Notes: generated from the letters alone by a model not told the origin. Counted from the stretch's first letter, positions 1 to 10,589 are shown. The stretch is DNA of 64,000 nucleotides from Candidatus Thalassarchaeum betae (GCA_003193925.1 PSPG01000001.1:128001-192000); one strand, 5' to 3'. Numbers and translations: made by a program.

Positions 1-1
1 G

Positions 2-1162
2 GCAGAGCAGGACGTCGCGATCTGGTCGGCCAGCAGGCTCCACGAGTGGCTGCAATGCCCTAGGAGGGGATGGCTGTCAAGGGGGCTCAAGGCGGAGCAG
101 GAGGAACTGCAGGCCGAGGACCTTGATCCTCGTACCCACGGAGAGCTCCTGCATCTCGTCCATCACGACATGCTGTGCGAGATCCTCGACCTCGATATCG
201 GGGACGAGCGCGAGTTCGGGGGAAACGGATCAATCAGGAGTATCGCTCAGTCGGGAACCGATGAGAACGAGTTGATGCGAATAGCCCTCGAGTCACTCGA
301 TTCCAGAGCGCCATGGCTCGACAGGACCGACGCGGTGTCCACCCACAGGCTGAGGCTCCTCACCGGGATGGACCGCGGAGCCTGGAACAGTTGGCTGGCC
401 GACCCCAGGCCAATTCCACCGGCCGGAAGGGTCGGCACCATCGTGAGGGCCGAGAGCAGGCTCGGCGATGCTGCTCCGGTCTGCCTCGAGTGGAGCATGA
501 CGAGCCACGACGAGGCGGGCATCGAGGTCTCTCTTCCCGCTGAGCTGACCTGTGGGGGGGAAGAACTCCCCACCATCCGGGTGCGGGGCTACGTCGATAG
601 AGTGGACATTCTGCCTATGGACGAGGAGGGACTCGTATGGATGGATGCTGACGGGAACGAAAGCGTTGCCCCGATCAGAGTCCACGAATCAGGCTGGAAG
701 CCCCGCCGACTGGTCGCAATCAGGGATCTCAAGACGTCTGAGTCCAAGTCGGCAAAGGACCGCCACTCTGGCGGTCTGCTGGATGAGTTGCAACTAGCCC
801 TCTACGCAAGAGCATGGGAGATCGCCCACCCTGGTGACTTGGTAGTGGCAGCCGGTATCTCTCTCTTCAGTCACAACACCGAGCACATGCTCGAGATGTC
901 CACATGGTACTCCGCTTCTCACGCAGAGTTGCAAGTGGGTACCCGCACCGATGTCACTGCGAGTCTGCACAGGTTCGCTGACGAGGGGCCCTCGCCGGGC
1001 AGTGACCACTTCAGGGCATGGCTGGCACAGCGTCTGTCCGTTGCTCTGGGGGTTGCTGCCGGGGCGGCTTCAGGCAGCGTGCACCCGACCCCGTCGAAGG
1101 GGGTATGCAGGTACTGCCCTGTCAGCAACACCTGCGAAGTCAGAATGGAGGATGATTACTGA
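2..1162 (+). CDS. AddB/RecB-like PD-(D/E)XK nuclease subunit with 4-Cys Fe-S staple (5' partial)
   Basis: Frame is open from base 2 (WSASRLHEWLQCP...HGELLH). Contains RGYVDRVD, DLKTS, QLALY and C-terminal CRYCPVSNTC. Stop overlaps the next ATG (TGATG). Confidence 0.85.
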   Translation, partial: AEQDVAIWSASRLHEWLQCPRRGWLSRGLKAEQEELQAEDLDPRTHGELLHLVHHDMLCEILDLDIGDEREFGGNGSIRSIAQSGTDENELMRIALESLDSRAPWLDRTDAVSTHRLRLLTGMDRGAWNSWLADPRPIPPAGRVGTIVRAESRLGDAAPVCLEWSMTSHDEAGIEVSLPAELTCGGEELPTIRVRGYVDRVDILPMDEEGLVWMDADGNESVAPIRVHESGWKPRRLVAIRDLKTSESKSAKDRHSGGLLDELQLALYARAWEIAHPGDLVVAAGISLFSHNTEHMLEMSTWYSASHAELQVGTRTDVTASLHRFADEGPSPGSDHFRAWLAQRLSVALGVAAGAASGSVHPTPSKGVCRYCPVSNTCEVRMEDDY

Positions 1163-4100
1163 TGCGTCTGAACACGGCTCAGCGACTCGCACTGAATCTG
1201 GATGCTCACATCGTCATCGACGCGGGGGCTGGCACAGGCAAGACCAGCACCATCGTCGACCGGGTCATCGAGCATTATCTCACCGAAGACCAGCGAGCGA
1301 CCCGCCTCCTGCCCAAGCCGGAGAGGCCGTCGAGGCTCCAGGGGGGGATGATCACGCCTCCCTCCTCCGAGCGCATGGACCTGCGCGAGTGGGGCGGGCT
1401 GCTTCCCGGAGAGGTCGTTCTGCTGACCTTCACCAACCGGGCGGCCGACGAGATGAGGGACCGCCTGCGTCGAAGCATCGCCCGCCTGCGGCCCGGTCCC
1501 GTGGGCGACGACGGAACTCACAGGAGCGACCCGCGAATCAGGCACGAGGGCTTCGGCGAGCAGTTACTGACCCTGCTCGAAGACGCCCCGATAGGAACCA
1601 TCGACTCGTTCCTCAATCAGCTTGTGGCACCCTATCGCGGCCTACTGGGCGACGCGCTCAGCCGCGAGAACATCTCGGACGCGGGCAGGATACTACTGGT
1701 CGATTCCGCACTCAACACCCTGTGGAGGCTGCCCAGTTCCCTATCGCACATCGGCGAGGCCGTGGATGCGGGGATACCCGCCCACATCGCCTCGGAGGTG
1801 CTTGCCGCGCGCGACAGAATCGCCCGCCATTACTCGGGGCGCAGGTCAGCCGCTGGCGTCCTGCGCAGCCTCGTAGGGCGCTCCGTGTTCATCGAGGAGG
1901 CTGCGCGCAGGATCATGGACGAACAAGGCAGGATCACCCCTGAGCTGCTGCGCCAGCAGATCATGGCGACTATCGATCCCGGTGACATCGCCGAGCACAC
2001 GCATGAGGTTCATGGGATCATCGCGGAGTTCTGCGAGCTGGTCAGGGAGAACATCGCGGTACTCGCGGCAGGGGGATGGCCGGCCGAGTCCCGAATGGCC
2101 TGCCTGGACTCCCTAGCGAGTGACGGCCCACCAGACGATGCATGGGGACAGTTGACATGGCTTAGCCACGTTCTCATTTGCACGGTCAGCGCCGCCAGCC
2201 TGATGGGAAGGAATCTGACGTTCTTCCCCAACACACAGTTCCCAGATGACTCTTGGGTGCCTGGAATCGGGAAGTTCTCCGGAATCCGCGACAAGAGCAC
2301 GAAAGAGCATGTCCGAGACAGCATGAAGCGCAGCATATCGACTCTGAAGGAGGCGTGGTCGACTGACCGGGGCAAGCTCCTGCTGCACTTCTCACGCATC
2401 GCCCTGCTGCTGGACGACTCCTCCCCCCCGGCAACCCCCGCCGATTGGGAGCCCCCCCTCACCCCACTGCCCGACCCCGTGCCAGAGCGACTCCAGAGGA
2501 CCAGAGCTGACCAGCACTACTTCACGTTCGAGGCAGAGGTGCGCAACCTGCAGGACCTGTACATCATCCATCAGGGATTCCAGGGCGTCATCCAGAAACT
2601 CAAGGAGCATGACGAGGTACATGACTTCGATGACATACAGAGACTCGCGGGCGACCTCCTCCTCGCCAACTGCCCGGCAACCTGCAGGGCCTTCTACCAT
2701 CCCTCCATCCAGAGCGCCTTGGACTCCATGGCTGACAGCCCGTGGCGCGACGACCACGTAACCGCAGCCTTCGCAGCTCTCGCCGCACTGGAGGCCGAGC
2801 CGAGCAGAGCGGGAGACTCCGCTGGCCATTTAGGCGCAATACGCGCCGACCTGGAGAGCAGGTGCGACCTGCTGAGAAGGATCAGGAGGAGGTACCGTGC
2901 CTTCGTCATCGACGAGGCCCAGGACAACTCCCCCCTGCAGTGGAGACTCCTGTCGAGGCTTTGGGGCGAGCGTCAGACCGAGGACGGCGACCCACAGACC
3001 CCCGACACGCCTTGGCAGCCTACCGTCTGCTACGTCGGCGACGTCAAGCAGAGCATCTACGCCTTCAGGCAGGCCGAGGTCACGGGTTTCCTAGAGTACG
3101 CAAGGTACCTCAGGACGGTCAACATCCACGAGTTTTCTAGCGTCGCCGAACTCACTCGCAAGCCCGCACTCAGAAGCGAGTCCCACAGCCGCGACCCGCG
3201 CAACGCCCACGCGGTCACCATCGCGACTGCCACCGAGCACATGGAGAAGGGAGGGCGCGATCTGATTGCTTGGATCCCCTTCGACGCGTCCGATAGGAAT
3301 CTCCCCTCGCCTGACGGTGCGGAGGTAGACGCACGCAGGGAGGGACTGATTTCGCTTCAGGTCAACTACCGCACCGAGGGCGGGTTGCTGAGAGCGATGA
3401 ACGAGTGGTGGAACGACGTCTTCTCGCCGAGGCACCGCCATTTCCCCAACGGAGACTTCTACGCAACTCCCCAGACCCTGTTCGGCAGCCCCGAGAAGCA
3501 CGACAACTCCGGCTCGATCGAGTGGCTCTGCCCATTGAGCACCGGCGGCGACAGCGATCCCACTACCGACCTGTCCATCCCGCTGGACCCCTTCGGCCCG
3601 GGCAAACCCGACTCCCTGGAGAGACAGGGGATGCTCATCGCCTTGCGCGTGCGCAGCCTGATCGAAGGCTCTCCGGTCAGGGTCCGCTCGGCGGACGGGC
3701 GCTGGCATCGAGTCGACGCCGAGGAAATGGTCTCGCCCAGTGACATCATGATCCTGCTGTCGAGCAGGAGTAAGATCAGGGACATCATCATCCGACATCT
3801 CCATGATCTGGGGATACCAGCCCAAGCGGACCGCGAGGGAGGCCTGCTCGACAGACCGGCCGCTCATGCTCTGGAAGGACTCCTGCAATTCATCGCCAGA
3901 CCGCGCTCCCGTCATCACGCCGCGTGGGTCGCGCGCTCCGTCCTCATCGGTCTGGATGACGCGCAGTTGCAGGATTTCATCGGTGGCTCGGAGCGCGGCG
4001 AGGACCTATTGACCAGGCTGTTGGAGCATACTGTCAACGAGCGGCAGCGAGCACTGGTGGCGAGATGGAGCGAGCTTTCCAGCGCTGGCCGTCTCATCGA

Positions 4101-6093
4101 CCTGCTGGAGGAGACCATCGACAGGTCGGACATCCTCACCGCGTACCCCGACCTAGTCTCACGTCAGGACGTCGAGCAGATAGTCGAGGTCATCCGCGCC
4201 CTGTCCATCGAGGTAGGGGGCGACCCGATGGTCCTAGCAGACAGGGTTCGCGACCTGCGCGAGCGCAGCTCGGACGCCTTGGAGGCAGTCACCGTGCCCC
4301 CCAGCGACGCTGTGAGGGTGATGACCATCCACGGCGCGAAGGGTCTCGAGGCGAAGGTGGTGATACTGGCCGACGTGTTCTCGAACAGACTGACCAACCT
4401 GAACATCGAGGACCGCAATCGCCTCATCGTCAGTCCAGAGCTCTTCGCCGGCAACCCGAAGCCCTGGTCCAACGAGAAGTCCCCGAAGTCCGCCCTCTGG
4501 TCGCACGTCAGGATGATCCACCGGGCTCGCAAGAGTGCCGAGGCCCGCAGACTGCTCTACGTCGGTGCTACGAGGGCCGAGGAGCGCCTGATTATCGTAG
4601 GCTCGACGAGAGGGACAGACTGGTCGGACGGCGAGGGTCTGAGGGTGCCATGGACATACGACCGGGCTATGCCGCAAATCGGCCAGATGTGGATTGAGTC
4701 ACTGCGTCAGGGCTCATGGCGTCGTGGTGAGACCGATTCGCCATGGCTCGATACGGACGACGGCGAGGAGCAGCCCGGGATCAAGACTCGGGGGCATCGG
4801 GTCATCGATCCTGCGAGGATGCTCTCAGGAGGCTCGCTGGGAGAGGACTCCGCCCTTTCCAGAATGCTCGTCATTCACCATCCGGACTGCTTCGACGCCG
4901 AAGACGGCGATCCTACCGGCGTCCTGACCCCACTCCAGCGCATCGAGAGGCTCGATGATGCCACTCGCACCTCCGTTGAGGAGGCTGCACCGGGGTTCCC
5001 GAAGCCTCGGCAAGAGCCAGCCCCCCGAATCCGAATCACGCCCAACAGGCTCCCGGCCTTCCAGGAGTGCGGCCGCCGCCACTGGTTCGAGACCAGGGGC
5101 GGCTTGGAACCTGATCCCATCATTCCCCGGGGCGAATCAGTAGCCGACGATGGGATGCCCGAGGGCGTCGACCCCGCCACCTTCGGCACCATCGTCCACA
5201 GAGTCATGGAAATCGGAATCGGCAACCCCGGTTCCAGTGAGGACGGACTCAGCAGCCCCCTCCTCAGATCATGGACCTCCCTCATTGAGGACCGAATGGC
5301 CGACCCGGATATCCACCGCACCGTTTTCTTGGAACTCCTGCCTACGGGAGCGGACGAGGAGCACACTGCCCGACTCGTGGAGACCATGGTCGAACATCTG
5401 CAAGCCGGCCCTCTGGGCGCCTTGGTTTCAGGAGACGCTGTGGATGGCCACAAGCTCGAGGGTCTGCGAACCGAGATGCCCTTCCACATCGCACTGACTG
5501 TGCCTCTTGGGGGGATGGTTCGACACAGATGGACTCCGGATGGGCCAGAGCCCCTCACGAGACTGGATGAAGCTACGGTCGAGATGAGCGGCATAATCGA
5601 CCTCGTCCTGTGCACCAGGACATCAGAATCCTCGACGATCCGGCCGGTCGACCTCAAGACCGAAGGAGCCGGGAGGATGTCCGAGGGAGGCTCGAACGAG
5701 CTTCTCGCTGCATTGGGTTCCGAAAAGACCGGGCCAGCCTGCGAGGCTGAGGAGGCGACTCTGAGGCAGCACAGGATGCAACTGGCTCTGTACTACCGCG
5801 CCCTGAGCAGCATCGAGCACGCTAGGCAGGAAGCAGGTCTGCCCCACAGGGAGGTGCTGCGACCGGCCATCCTCATCGGTGTCACGGGCAGGATGGTCGA
5901 GTATCCCGAGGACATGCTGAAGGAGTCATTGGATGAGCTCGATGAGTTACTGGCCAGCACGGCTCGCATGGCCCTCTCCTCCGATATGCCGATCTCGCAC
6001 TTCGCCAGATTGTCAGGAGAAGCCGCTTCGGCCTGCGAGAAGTGCCCCTTCCATCGAGGCTCTCTGCCGATATGCGGGCCAGCCGAGCAGTGA
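1162..6093 (+). CDS. AddA-like UvrD/SF1A helicase-nuclease
   Basis: Helicase motifs AGAGTGKT, LTFTNRAA, TIDSF, DEAQD, VGDVKQSIYAFR, NYR, MTIHGAKGLE, YVGATRA. C-terminal nuclease GIIDLV..DLKT..QLALY with Cys cluster. Confidence 0.9.
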   Translation: MRLNTAQRLALNLDAHIVIDAGAGTGKTSTIVDRVIEHYLTEDQRATRLLPKPERPSRLQGGMITPPSSERMDLREWGGLLPGEVVLLTFTNRAADEMRDRLRRSIARLRPGPVGDDGTHRSDPRIRHEGFGEQLLTLLEDAPIGTIDSFLNQLVAPYRGLLGDALSRENISDAGRILLVDSALNTLWRLPSSLSHIGEAVDAGIPAHIASEVLAARDRIARHYSGRRSAAGVLRSLVGRSVFIEEAARRIMDEQGRITPELLRQQIMATIDPGDIAEHTHEVHGIIAEFCELVRENIAVLAAGGWPAESRMACLDSLASDGPPDDAWGQLTWLSHVLICTVSAASLMGRNLTFFPNTQFPDDSWVPGIGKFSGIRDKSTKEHVRDSMKRSISTLKEAWSTDRGKLLLHFSRIALLLDDSSPPATPADWEPPLTPLPDPVPERLQRTRADQHYFTFEAEVRNLQDLYIIHQGFQGVIQKLKEHDEVHDFDDIQRLAGDLLLANCPATCRAFYHPSIQSALDSMADSPWRDDHVTAAFAALAALEAEPSRAGDSAGHLGAIRADLESRCDLLRRIRRRYRAFVIDEAQDNSPLQWRLLSRLWGERQTEDGDPQTPDTPWQPTVCYVGDVKQSIYAFRQAEVTGFLEYARYLRTVNIHEFSSVAELTRKPALRSESHSRDPRNAHAVTIATATEHMEKGGRDLIAWIPFDASDRNLPSPDGAEVDARREGLISLQVNYRTEGGLLRAMNEWWNDVFSPRHRHFPNGDFYATPQTLFGSPEKHDNSGSIEWLCPLSTGGDSDPTTDLSIPLDPFGPGKPDSLERQGMLIALRVRSLIEGSPVRVRSADGRWHRVDAEEMVSPSDIMILLSSRSKIRDIIIRHLHDLGIPAQADREGGLLDRPAAHALEGLLQFIARPRSRHHAAWVARSVLIGLDDAQLQDFIGGSERGEDLLTRLLEHTVNERQRALVARWSELSSAGRLIDLLEETIDRSDILTAYPDLVSRQDVEQIVEVIRALSIEVGGDPMVLADRVRDLRERSSDALEAVTVPPSDAVRVMTIHGAKGLEAKVVILADVFSNRLTNLNIEDRNRLIVSPELFAGNPKPWSNEKSPKSALWSHVRMIHRARKSAEARRLLYVGATRAEERLIIVGSTRGTDWSDGEGLRVPWTYDRAMPQIGQMWIESLRQGSWRRGETDSPWLDTDDGEEQPGIKTRGHRVIDPARMLSGGSLGEDSALSRMLVIHHPDCFDAEDGDPTGVLTPLQRIERLDDATRTSVEEAAPGFPKPRQEPAPRIRITPNRLPAFQECGRRHWFETRGGLEPDPIIPRGESVADDGMPEGVDPATFGTIVHRVMEIGIGNPGSSEDGLSSPLLRSWTSLIEDRMADPDIHRTVFLELLPTGADEEHTARLVETMVEHLQAGPLGALVSGDAVDGHKLEGLRTEMPFHIALTVPLGGMVRHRWTPDGPEPLTRLDEATVEMSGIIDLVLCTRTSESSTIRPVDLKTEGAGRMSEGGSNELLAALGSEKTGPACEAEEATLRQHRMQLALYYRALSSIEHARQEAGLPHREVLRPAILIGVTGRMVEYPEDMLKESLDELDELLASTARMALSSDMPISHFARLSGEAASACEKCPFHRGSLPICGPAEQ

Positions 6094-6137
6094 GGGGCCG
6101 TCGAAGAGTCCTTGTGCTCAAGGTCGCACACAAGGCC

Positions 6138-7550
6138 ATGGAGCCAGACCTCGACGCGCTGCTCCAGCGCAGCGATGAACTCTGGGAGGAATCCATCCTG
6201 CCCAGCTTGTCAGGGTTCATTGAGATACAGGCGCTATCGCCGCTCTTCGAGCCGAACTGGGCCGAGATGGGCGAGCTGGATGCCGCCATCAACTTGTTCT
6301 GCGGCTGGCTCGACGAGCAGACCATATCGGGCATGAGTTATGACGTTCACCGCATCGACGACAAATCTCCCGTCCTTCTCGTTACGATAGAGGGCACAGG
6401 TCCGGGTGAGGCCATCTTCTACTCACACCTCGACAAGCAACCCTCCAAACCTGAGCTTTGGTCCGAAGGCCTCCACCCATTGAAGGCAGTTCGCAGGGAT
6501 CCTTGGCTATACGGCAGGGGTTCAGTCGACGACGGCTATGGGGGATATCTCTGTGTGACATCAATTCGCCTGCTCCAGGAGGCAGGTATTCCGCACCCAC
6601 GGTGCGTTTTCCTCATTGAGACTTGCGAGGAATCTGGCTCATTCGACCTCCCCCCGTACTTGGATGCATTGAGCGAGCAACTCGGTAATCCCGACATGAT
6701 CGTTGTGTTGGACAGTGGCGGCCCTGACTACGACCACGTTTGGATGACAGAAGCTCTCAGAGGGCTGGTCTCGGGGACGCTATCCGTGCGGGTATCACAC
6801 GAGGGCATTCACTCAGGGACCTCAGGCGGCTCGATAGCCTCCTCCTTCAGGATTCAGAGGGTGCTGCTGGACAGGGTCGAGGATTCCACTACTGGAGAGG
6901 TATTAATTCCAGAGATGCACGTCGAGATTGACGCCGGTATTCGTGACAAGGCAGGAGCTCTTGCCGAGGTGGTCGGAAACAGCGTGTGGGATCAACTTCC
7001 CACTGTCGATACTCTAGTACGAGTCGCTGATTCAACCGAGGACATGATCCTCGCGATGAACTGGCAGCCCACCTTGTCCATCATCGGCGCTGACGGCATG
7101 CCACCCGTCCAAATCGCGGGCAACGTCCTGCGAACGAACACTGACCTAAAGCTAAGCTTCAGGATTCCCCCTGGAGTTGATTCCGAGTCGGTTCTTGCAA
7201 AGGCCAAGCAGATCCTTGAGGCGAATCCACCCTACGGGGCCGAGGTCACATTCACCGCGGACTCTTGCGCCGACGGCTTCCACGCTCCGCCCCTAGCGGG
7301 TAATGTCAGCAATGCAATCCACGACGCCTCAATGGCACTCACCGGCTTGCCGCCGCTGGCATCTTGGACAGGTGGTACAATTCCATTCATGGCAATGATG
7401 CAGGGCAAGTATCCGGAAGCCATGTTCCTCTGCACTGGCTCCTCCGGCCCCGGCAACAATGCCCACGGGCCCGACGAGAAACTGCATATCCCATCCTCAA
7501 AGAGGCTCACTGCGGTGCTGTCGGCAACCATAGCCGCGGTTTCAAGATGA
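6138..7550 (+). CDS. M20/M25/M40 family metallopeptidase
   Basis: SHLDKQP, GRGSVDD, CEESGS, NAHGPDE motifs; ATG at 6138 preferred. Confidence 0.88.
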   Translation: MEPDLDALLQRSDELWEESILPSLSGFIEIQALSPLFEPNWAEMGELDAAINLFCGWLDEQTISGMSYDVHRIDDKSPVLLVTIEGTGPGEAIFYSHLDKQPSKPELWSEGLHPLKAVRRDPWLYGRGSVDDGYGGYLCVTSIRLLQEAGIPHPRCVFLIETCEESGSFDLPPYLDALSEQLGNPDMIVVLDSGGPDYDHVWMTEALRGLVSGTLSVRVSHEGIHSGTSGGSIASSFRIQRVLLDRVEDSTTGEVLIPEMHVEIDAGIRDKAGALAEVVGNSVWDQLPTVDTLVRVADSTEDMILAMNWQPTLSIIGADGMPPVQIAGNVLRTNTDLKLSFRIPPGVDSESVLAKAKQILEANPPYGAEVTFTADSCADGFHAPPLAGNVSNAIHDASMALTGLPPLASWTGGTIPFMAMMQGKYPEAMFLCTGSSGPGNNAHGPDEKLHIPSSKRLTAVLSATIAAVSR

Positions 7551-7632
7551 CGCCGGCTAACCCCGCGCTGGCATGAGAAAGACTCCGCCGAGGTTAAAGC
7601 AGATGCACCGGTCGAGCCCCTTGAGGGCTCGT

Positions 7633-8271
7633 ATGAGTGAAGATGAGGAAGGCACCATCACGCCTGAGCTCCGTATCAGCCAACTCGAGGAGAGGCTGAC
7701 CGAGGAGACCGACCGCCTGGAGAAGCTGTACGTCGCTTACAAGAAGGCCGAGCAGGAGCTCGAGGAGAGGAACGCGATTATCGAAGTCCTCGAGAAGGAG
7801 GCCATAGACAAGGAGATCGACAAGGAGGGACTGGAGTCCCTGCTCTCGAACAAGGAAGCGATAATCCACGACATCGAGATTGAGGGCGCCAAGACGGCCA
7901 AGCGTGTCGAGCACCTAGAGCCCGAACTCGAGAAGATGGAGGAGATGTACACTCGCGAATCAGCCCGCCTCGGACGCGTCTTCGAGGTCGCCGAGGAGCT
8001 GGACGAGGCCAATCGCGTCGCCAACGCCGAATTGGGCGCCCGCGACGACTGGTACGTCCAGCACATGCAAGTCTTCGAGCAACTCAACGAAGCGATCCAG
8101 ACCCGCTACTCTATGATTGACCGAGCAGTCGAAGCCGCAAAGGAACTGCTCGCCAAGCAGGACACCTTCAAGGAGCGCATGGAAGAGGCGCTCGAGTCGG
8201 TCAAGGAAACGGCCGAGGACCTCATCGATGGCGATGACGACGAGGAAGAGAGCGACCAGGACGAGTCCTGA
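7633..8271 (+). CDS. Acidic coiled-coil hypothetical protein
   Basis: E/K/L-rich heptad pattern over almost the whole length; start could be 7573-7633. Confidence 0.7.
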   Translation: MSEDEEGTITPELRISQLEERLTEETDRLEKLYVAYKKAEQELEERNAIIEVLEKEAIDKEIDKEGLESLLSNKEAIIHDIEIEGAKTAKRVEHLEPELEKMEEMYTRESARLGRVFEVAEELDEANRVANAELGARDDWYVQHMQVFEQLNEAIQTRYSMIDRAVEAAKELLAKQDTFKERMEEALESVKETAEDLIDGDDDEEESDQDES

Positions 8272-8991
8272 TTACTCCGGTTTGGTCCCATCAGCCAATC
8301 TGATGCACCTCGCGGGTACCCCACCCCATACTTCACCCACTGGGATGTTGGTCCACTTCGGGACGACCGCCCTCGAGGCCACAACCGCGCCCTCGCCGAT
8401 CACGCAACCGGGCTGCACGATGCTTCCTGTGCCGAGCAGGGCGTTGTCCCCCACTCGAACCGGCGAGAGCACCAACTCGCCTTTCTCCGTGAGGTGGGCA
8501 TTGATGGTCGCATGTCCTCCCATCACTACCCCAGCTCCTAGTGTCACCATCCCTGCATCGTTGATGTTGTCCGTGTTGAGTTGCGCTCCCTTGCCGATCT
8601 TGGCTCCCATCAGCCGGTAGTAGGTGTTGCCGAGGAACGAGGGCACTATGACCCACAGGAAAAGCAGGGCCGACCTGTGGAATATCATCGACCAGGCCCA
8701 CCGGATGGTGGTGAAGGACTCGATAGGTACCCTGCCCTCCTCGAGCCTAGGTCTCGACAGACCTCCTAGGAAGCCGCAGAGAAGGACCATGCAGATTCCC
8801 CAACAGAGGTAGCCCAAACCGAGTCCGACACCCGTCCCGACTGCTTCCAGCAGCAGGCCCTCACCGACGACACGACTCCTGATTTCCATCACGATGAGGT
8901 AGCCGGGAGCAGCCGATATCCCCCATATGACGGCGATGAACAGCATCACTACGACTGACAGGACGTTCTGAATCAGGTGGAAACCCCTCAT
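8272..8991 (-). CDS. Membrane protein with left-handed beta-helix (hexapeptide) acyltransferase domain
   Basis: N-terminal TM helices, then LMGAKIGKGAQL, VRVGDNALLG, IGEGAVVA, GEVWGGVPA. Confidence 0.8.
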   Translation of the reverse strand: MRGFHLIQNVLSVVVMLFIAVIWGISAAPGYLIVMEIRSRVVGEGLLLEAVGTGVGLGLGYLCWGICMVLLCGFLGGLSRPRLEEGRVPIESFTTIRWAWSMIFHRSALLFLWVIVPSFLGNTYYRLMGAKIGKGAQLNTDNINDAGMVTLGAGVVMGGHATINAHLTEKGELVLSPVRVGDNALLGTGSIVQPGCVIGEGAVVASRAVVPKWTNIPVGEVWGGVPARCIRLADGTKPE

Positions 8992-9079
8992 GTCACCGCT
9001 GCCTGCGCCTCAGACACCTGACTTCCCCCTAAAGCATCGTCTACGGCATCCTCAAGGCGTCGCCAGCAGCGGCACGCTC

Positions 9080-10213
9080 ATGGCACAGGCCTCGGGCATG
9101 CTGGGCGACGGCTCGAAGTCCGTCAAGGTCCACCACCTGGTCAAGGCCCCGGAGAACACCGCCGACTCGGTTCGGAAACGCGAGTCATGGGACGCGACCG
9201 AGCCCGCGACTGTCTACAAGACTCCCGAGGTGCTGCCTGACGGGACGCCGTGCACCGCGGCCACGGTGATCTTCCGAACCCGCGGTTGCGTATGGTGGTG
9301 GAAGTCCGGATGCACCTTCTGCGGATACTTCAACGACGTGCGTGACGATGTGACCGCCGACGACCTGTTCGCCCAATGGGAGGAGGCGAAGCGGAGACTC
9401 GATGACTTCGAGGGCTGCAGCATGGTCAAGGTGTACACCTCCGGTACCTTCTTCGAGGACCGGGAGAATCCACCTGAGTGGCAGGAAGCCATCCTCAGGG
9501 AGACCCACGAGCGTGGACTTCACCTGGTAATCGAGGCGCAGGCGCAGTTGTGCACTCCAGAGAAGCTGGCTTGGGTGGCCGAGCGCCATCCGGGCTGCAC
9601 GGTGGCGGTAGGCTTGGAGGCCTATGACGACGCAGTGCTTCGATTCCACGTCAACAAGGGCTTCTCCACGAAGCAGTGGCACCGCTCCGTCGACATGCTG
9701 AGGGATAACGGGCTGCGAGTCAAGACCTACCTCCTGTTCAAGCCCCCCTTCATGTCCGAGGGCGACGCACTCGAACTCACCAGCAGGTGGATCAGTCAGG
9801 TCGCACCCCTCTCGGACGATGTCTCGGTCAATCCGATGAACATCCAGAAGCGGACCATCGTCGAGCGCCTATTCCGCAACCGCGAGTACCGCCCGCCTTG
9901 GCTGTGGTCGCTGGTCGAGATGATGGAGCGGGTCCACGACGACATTTCGGAGGCGCAGACCCGTATCATAGTTCACCCAACTGCGGCGGGCCGGATCAGG
10001 GGAGCTCACAACTGCGGAGCCTGCGACGCAGAAGTGGTCGCAGCCATCGAGCGATACTCAGTGTCAGGCGACACCCGCGAATTCGCAGACTTGGACTGCG
10101 ATTGCAAGAGGGTCTGGAGGGCCGAGGTAGACAACGACCTGAGCCTGCCGGCGCCTCTGGGCACTGGGGTCGACAGACGAGGCGCCCCCGTCGACCTCGC
10201 CCGCGCACCTTAG
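9080..10213 (+). CDS. Archaeosine biosynthesis radical SAM protein RaSEA (TIGR01210-like)
   Basis: RTRGCxWxxxSGCTFCG, KVYTSGTF, VGLEA, KTYLLFKPPF, YRPPWLWS, GAHNCGAC. Confidence 0.85.
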   Translation: MAQASGMLGDGSKSVKVHHLVKAPENTADSVRKRESWDATEPATVYKTPEVLPDGTPCTAATVIFRTRGCVWWWKSGCTFCGYFNDVRDDVTADDLFAQWEEAKRRLDDFEGCSMVKVYTSGTFFEDRENPPEWQEAILRETHERGLHLVIEAQAQLCTPEKLAWVAERHPGCTVAVGLEAYDDAVLRFHVNKGFSTKQWHRSVDMLRDNGLRVKTYLLFKPPFMSEGDALELTSRWISQVAPLSDDVSVNPMNIQKRTIVERLFRNREYRPPWLWSLVEMMERVHDDISEAQTRIIVHPTAAGRIRGAHNCGACDAEVVAAIERYSVSGDTREFADLDCDCKRVWRAEVDNDLSLPAPLGTGVDRRGAPVDLARAP

Positions 10214-10301
10214 CGCGAGGGACTGCGTCCCTCGCCCAATGCTTAAGGGGCAATCTCCGGTGGTAGCGCCATTCCCATTGGGTCACGGGCGAGGGACGAA
10301 G

Positions 10302-10580
10302 ATGTCTGATGACGGCTCCGAAGCGATAGGCGAGTTCCTGCAGGGGGAGCATGAGCCTGCGTCATCCTGGATCGTTCTGGCTTTCGGGCTGGTCACAGCA
10401 CTGGTATTGCTGGTTCTCCACAGCATCCTCTACCCGGGACGGGAGTTGCCGGTGATAGCCGAGATCCTCCCTGTATTCGAGGGCGTATTCGACTCCGGAA
10501 TCTGGTTCTTCATCCTAGGAGTCATGCTGGGGGGGTTCGCGATAATCGCCACCATGCTGACGGAGGCCACCAGCGAGTGA
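10302..10580 (+). CDS. Small two-TM membrane protein
   Basis: Two hydrophobic segments; ends 9 nt before the HCO-like gene. Confidence 0.7.
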   Translation: MSDDGSEAIGEFLQGEHEPASSWIVLAFGLVTALVLLVLHSILYPGRELPVIAEILPVFEGVFDSGIWFFILGVMLGGFAIIATMLTEATSE

Positions 10581-10589
10581 GGGATTCCC

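Noticed and set aside
3901-3911. Reverse complement of part of the missing tRNA-Tyr 3' end (CCGCGCTCCCG)
   Set aside because: It lies inside the helicase CDS; a GC-rich match this short is expected by chance, and no complementary leader is present.
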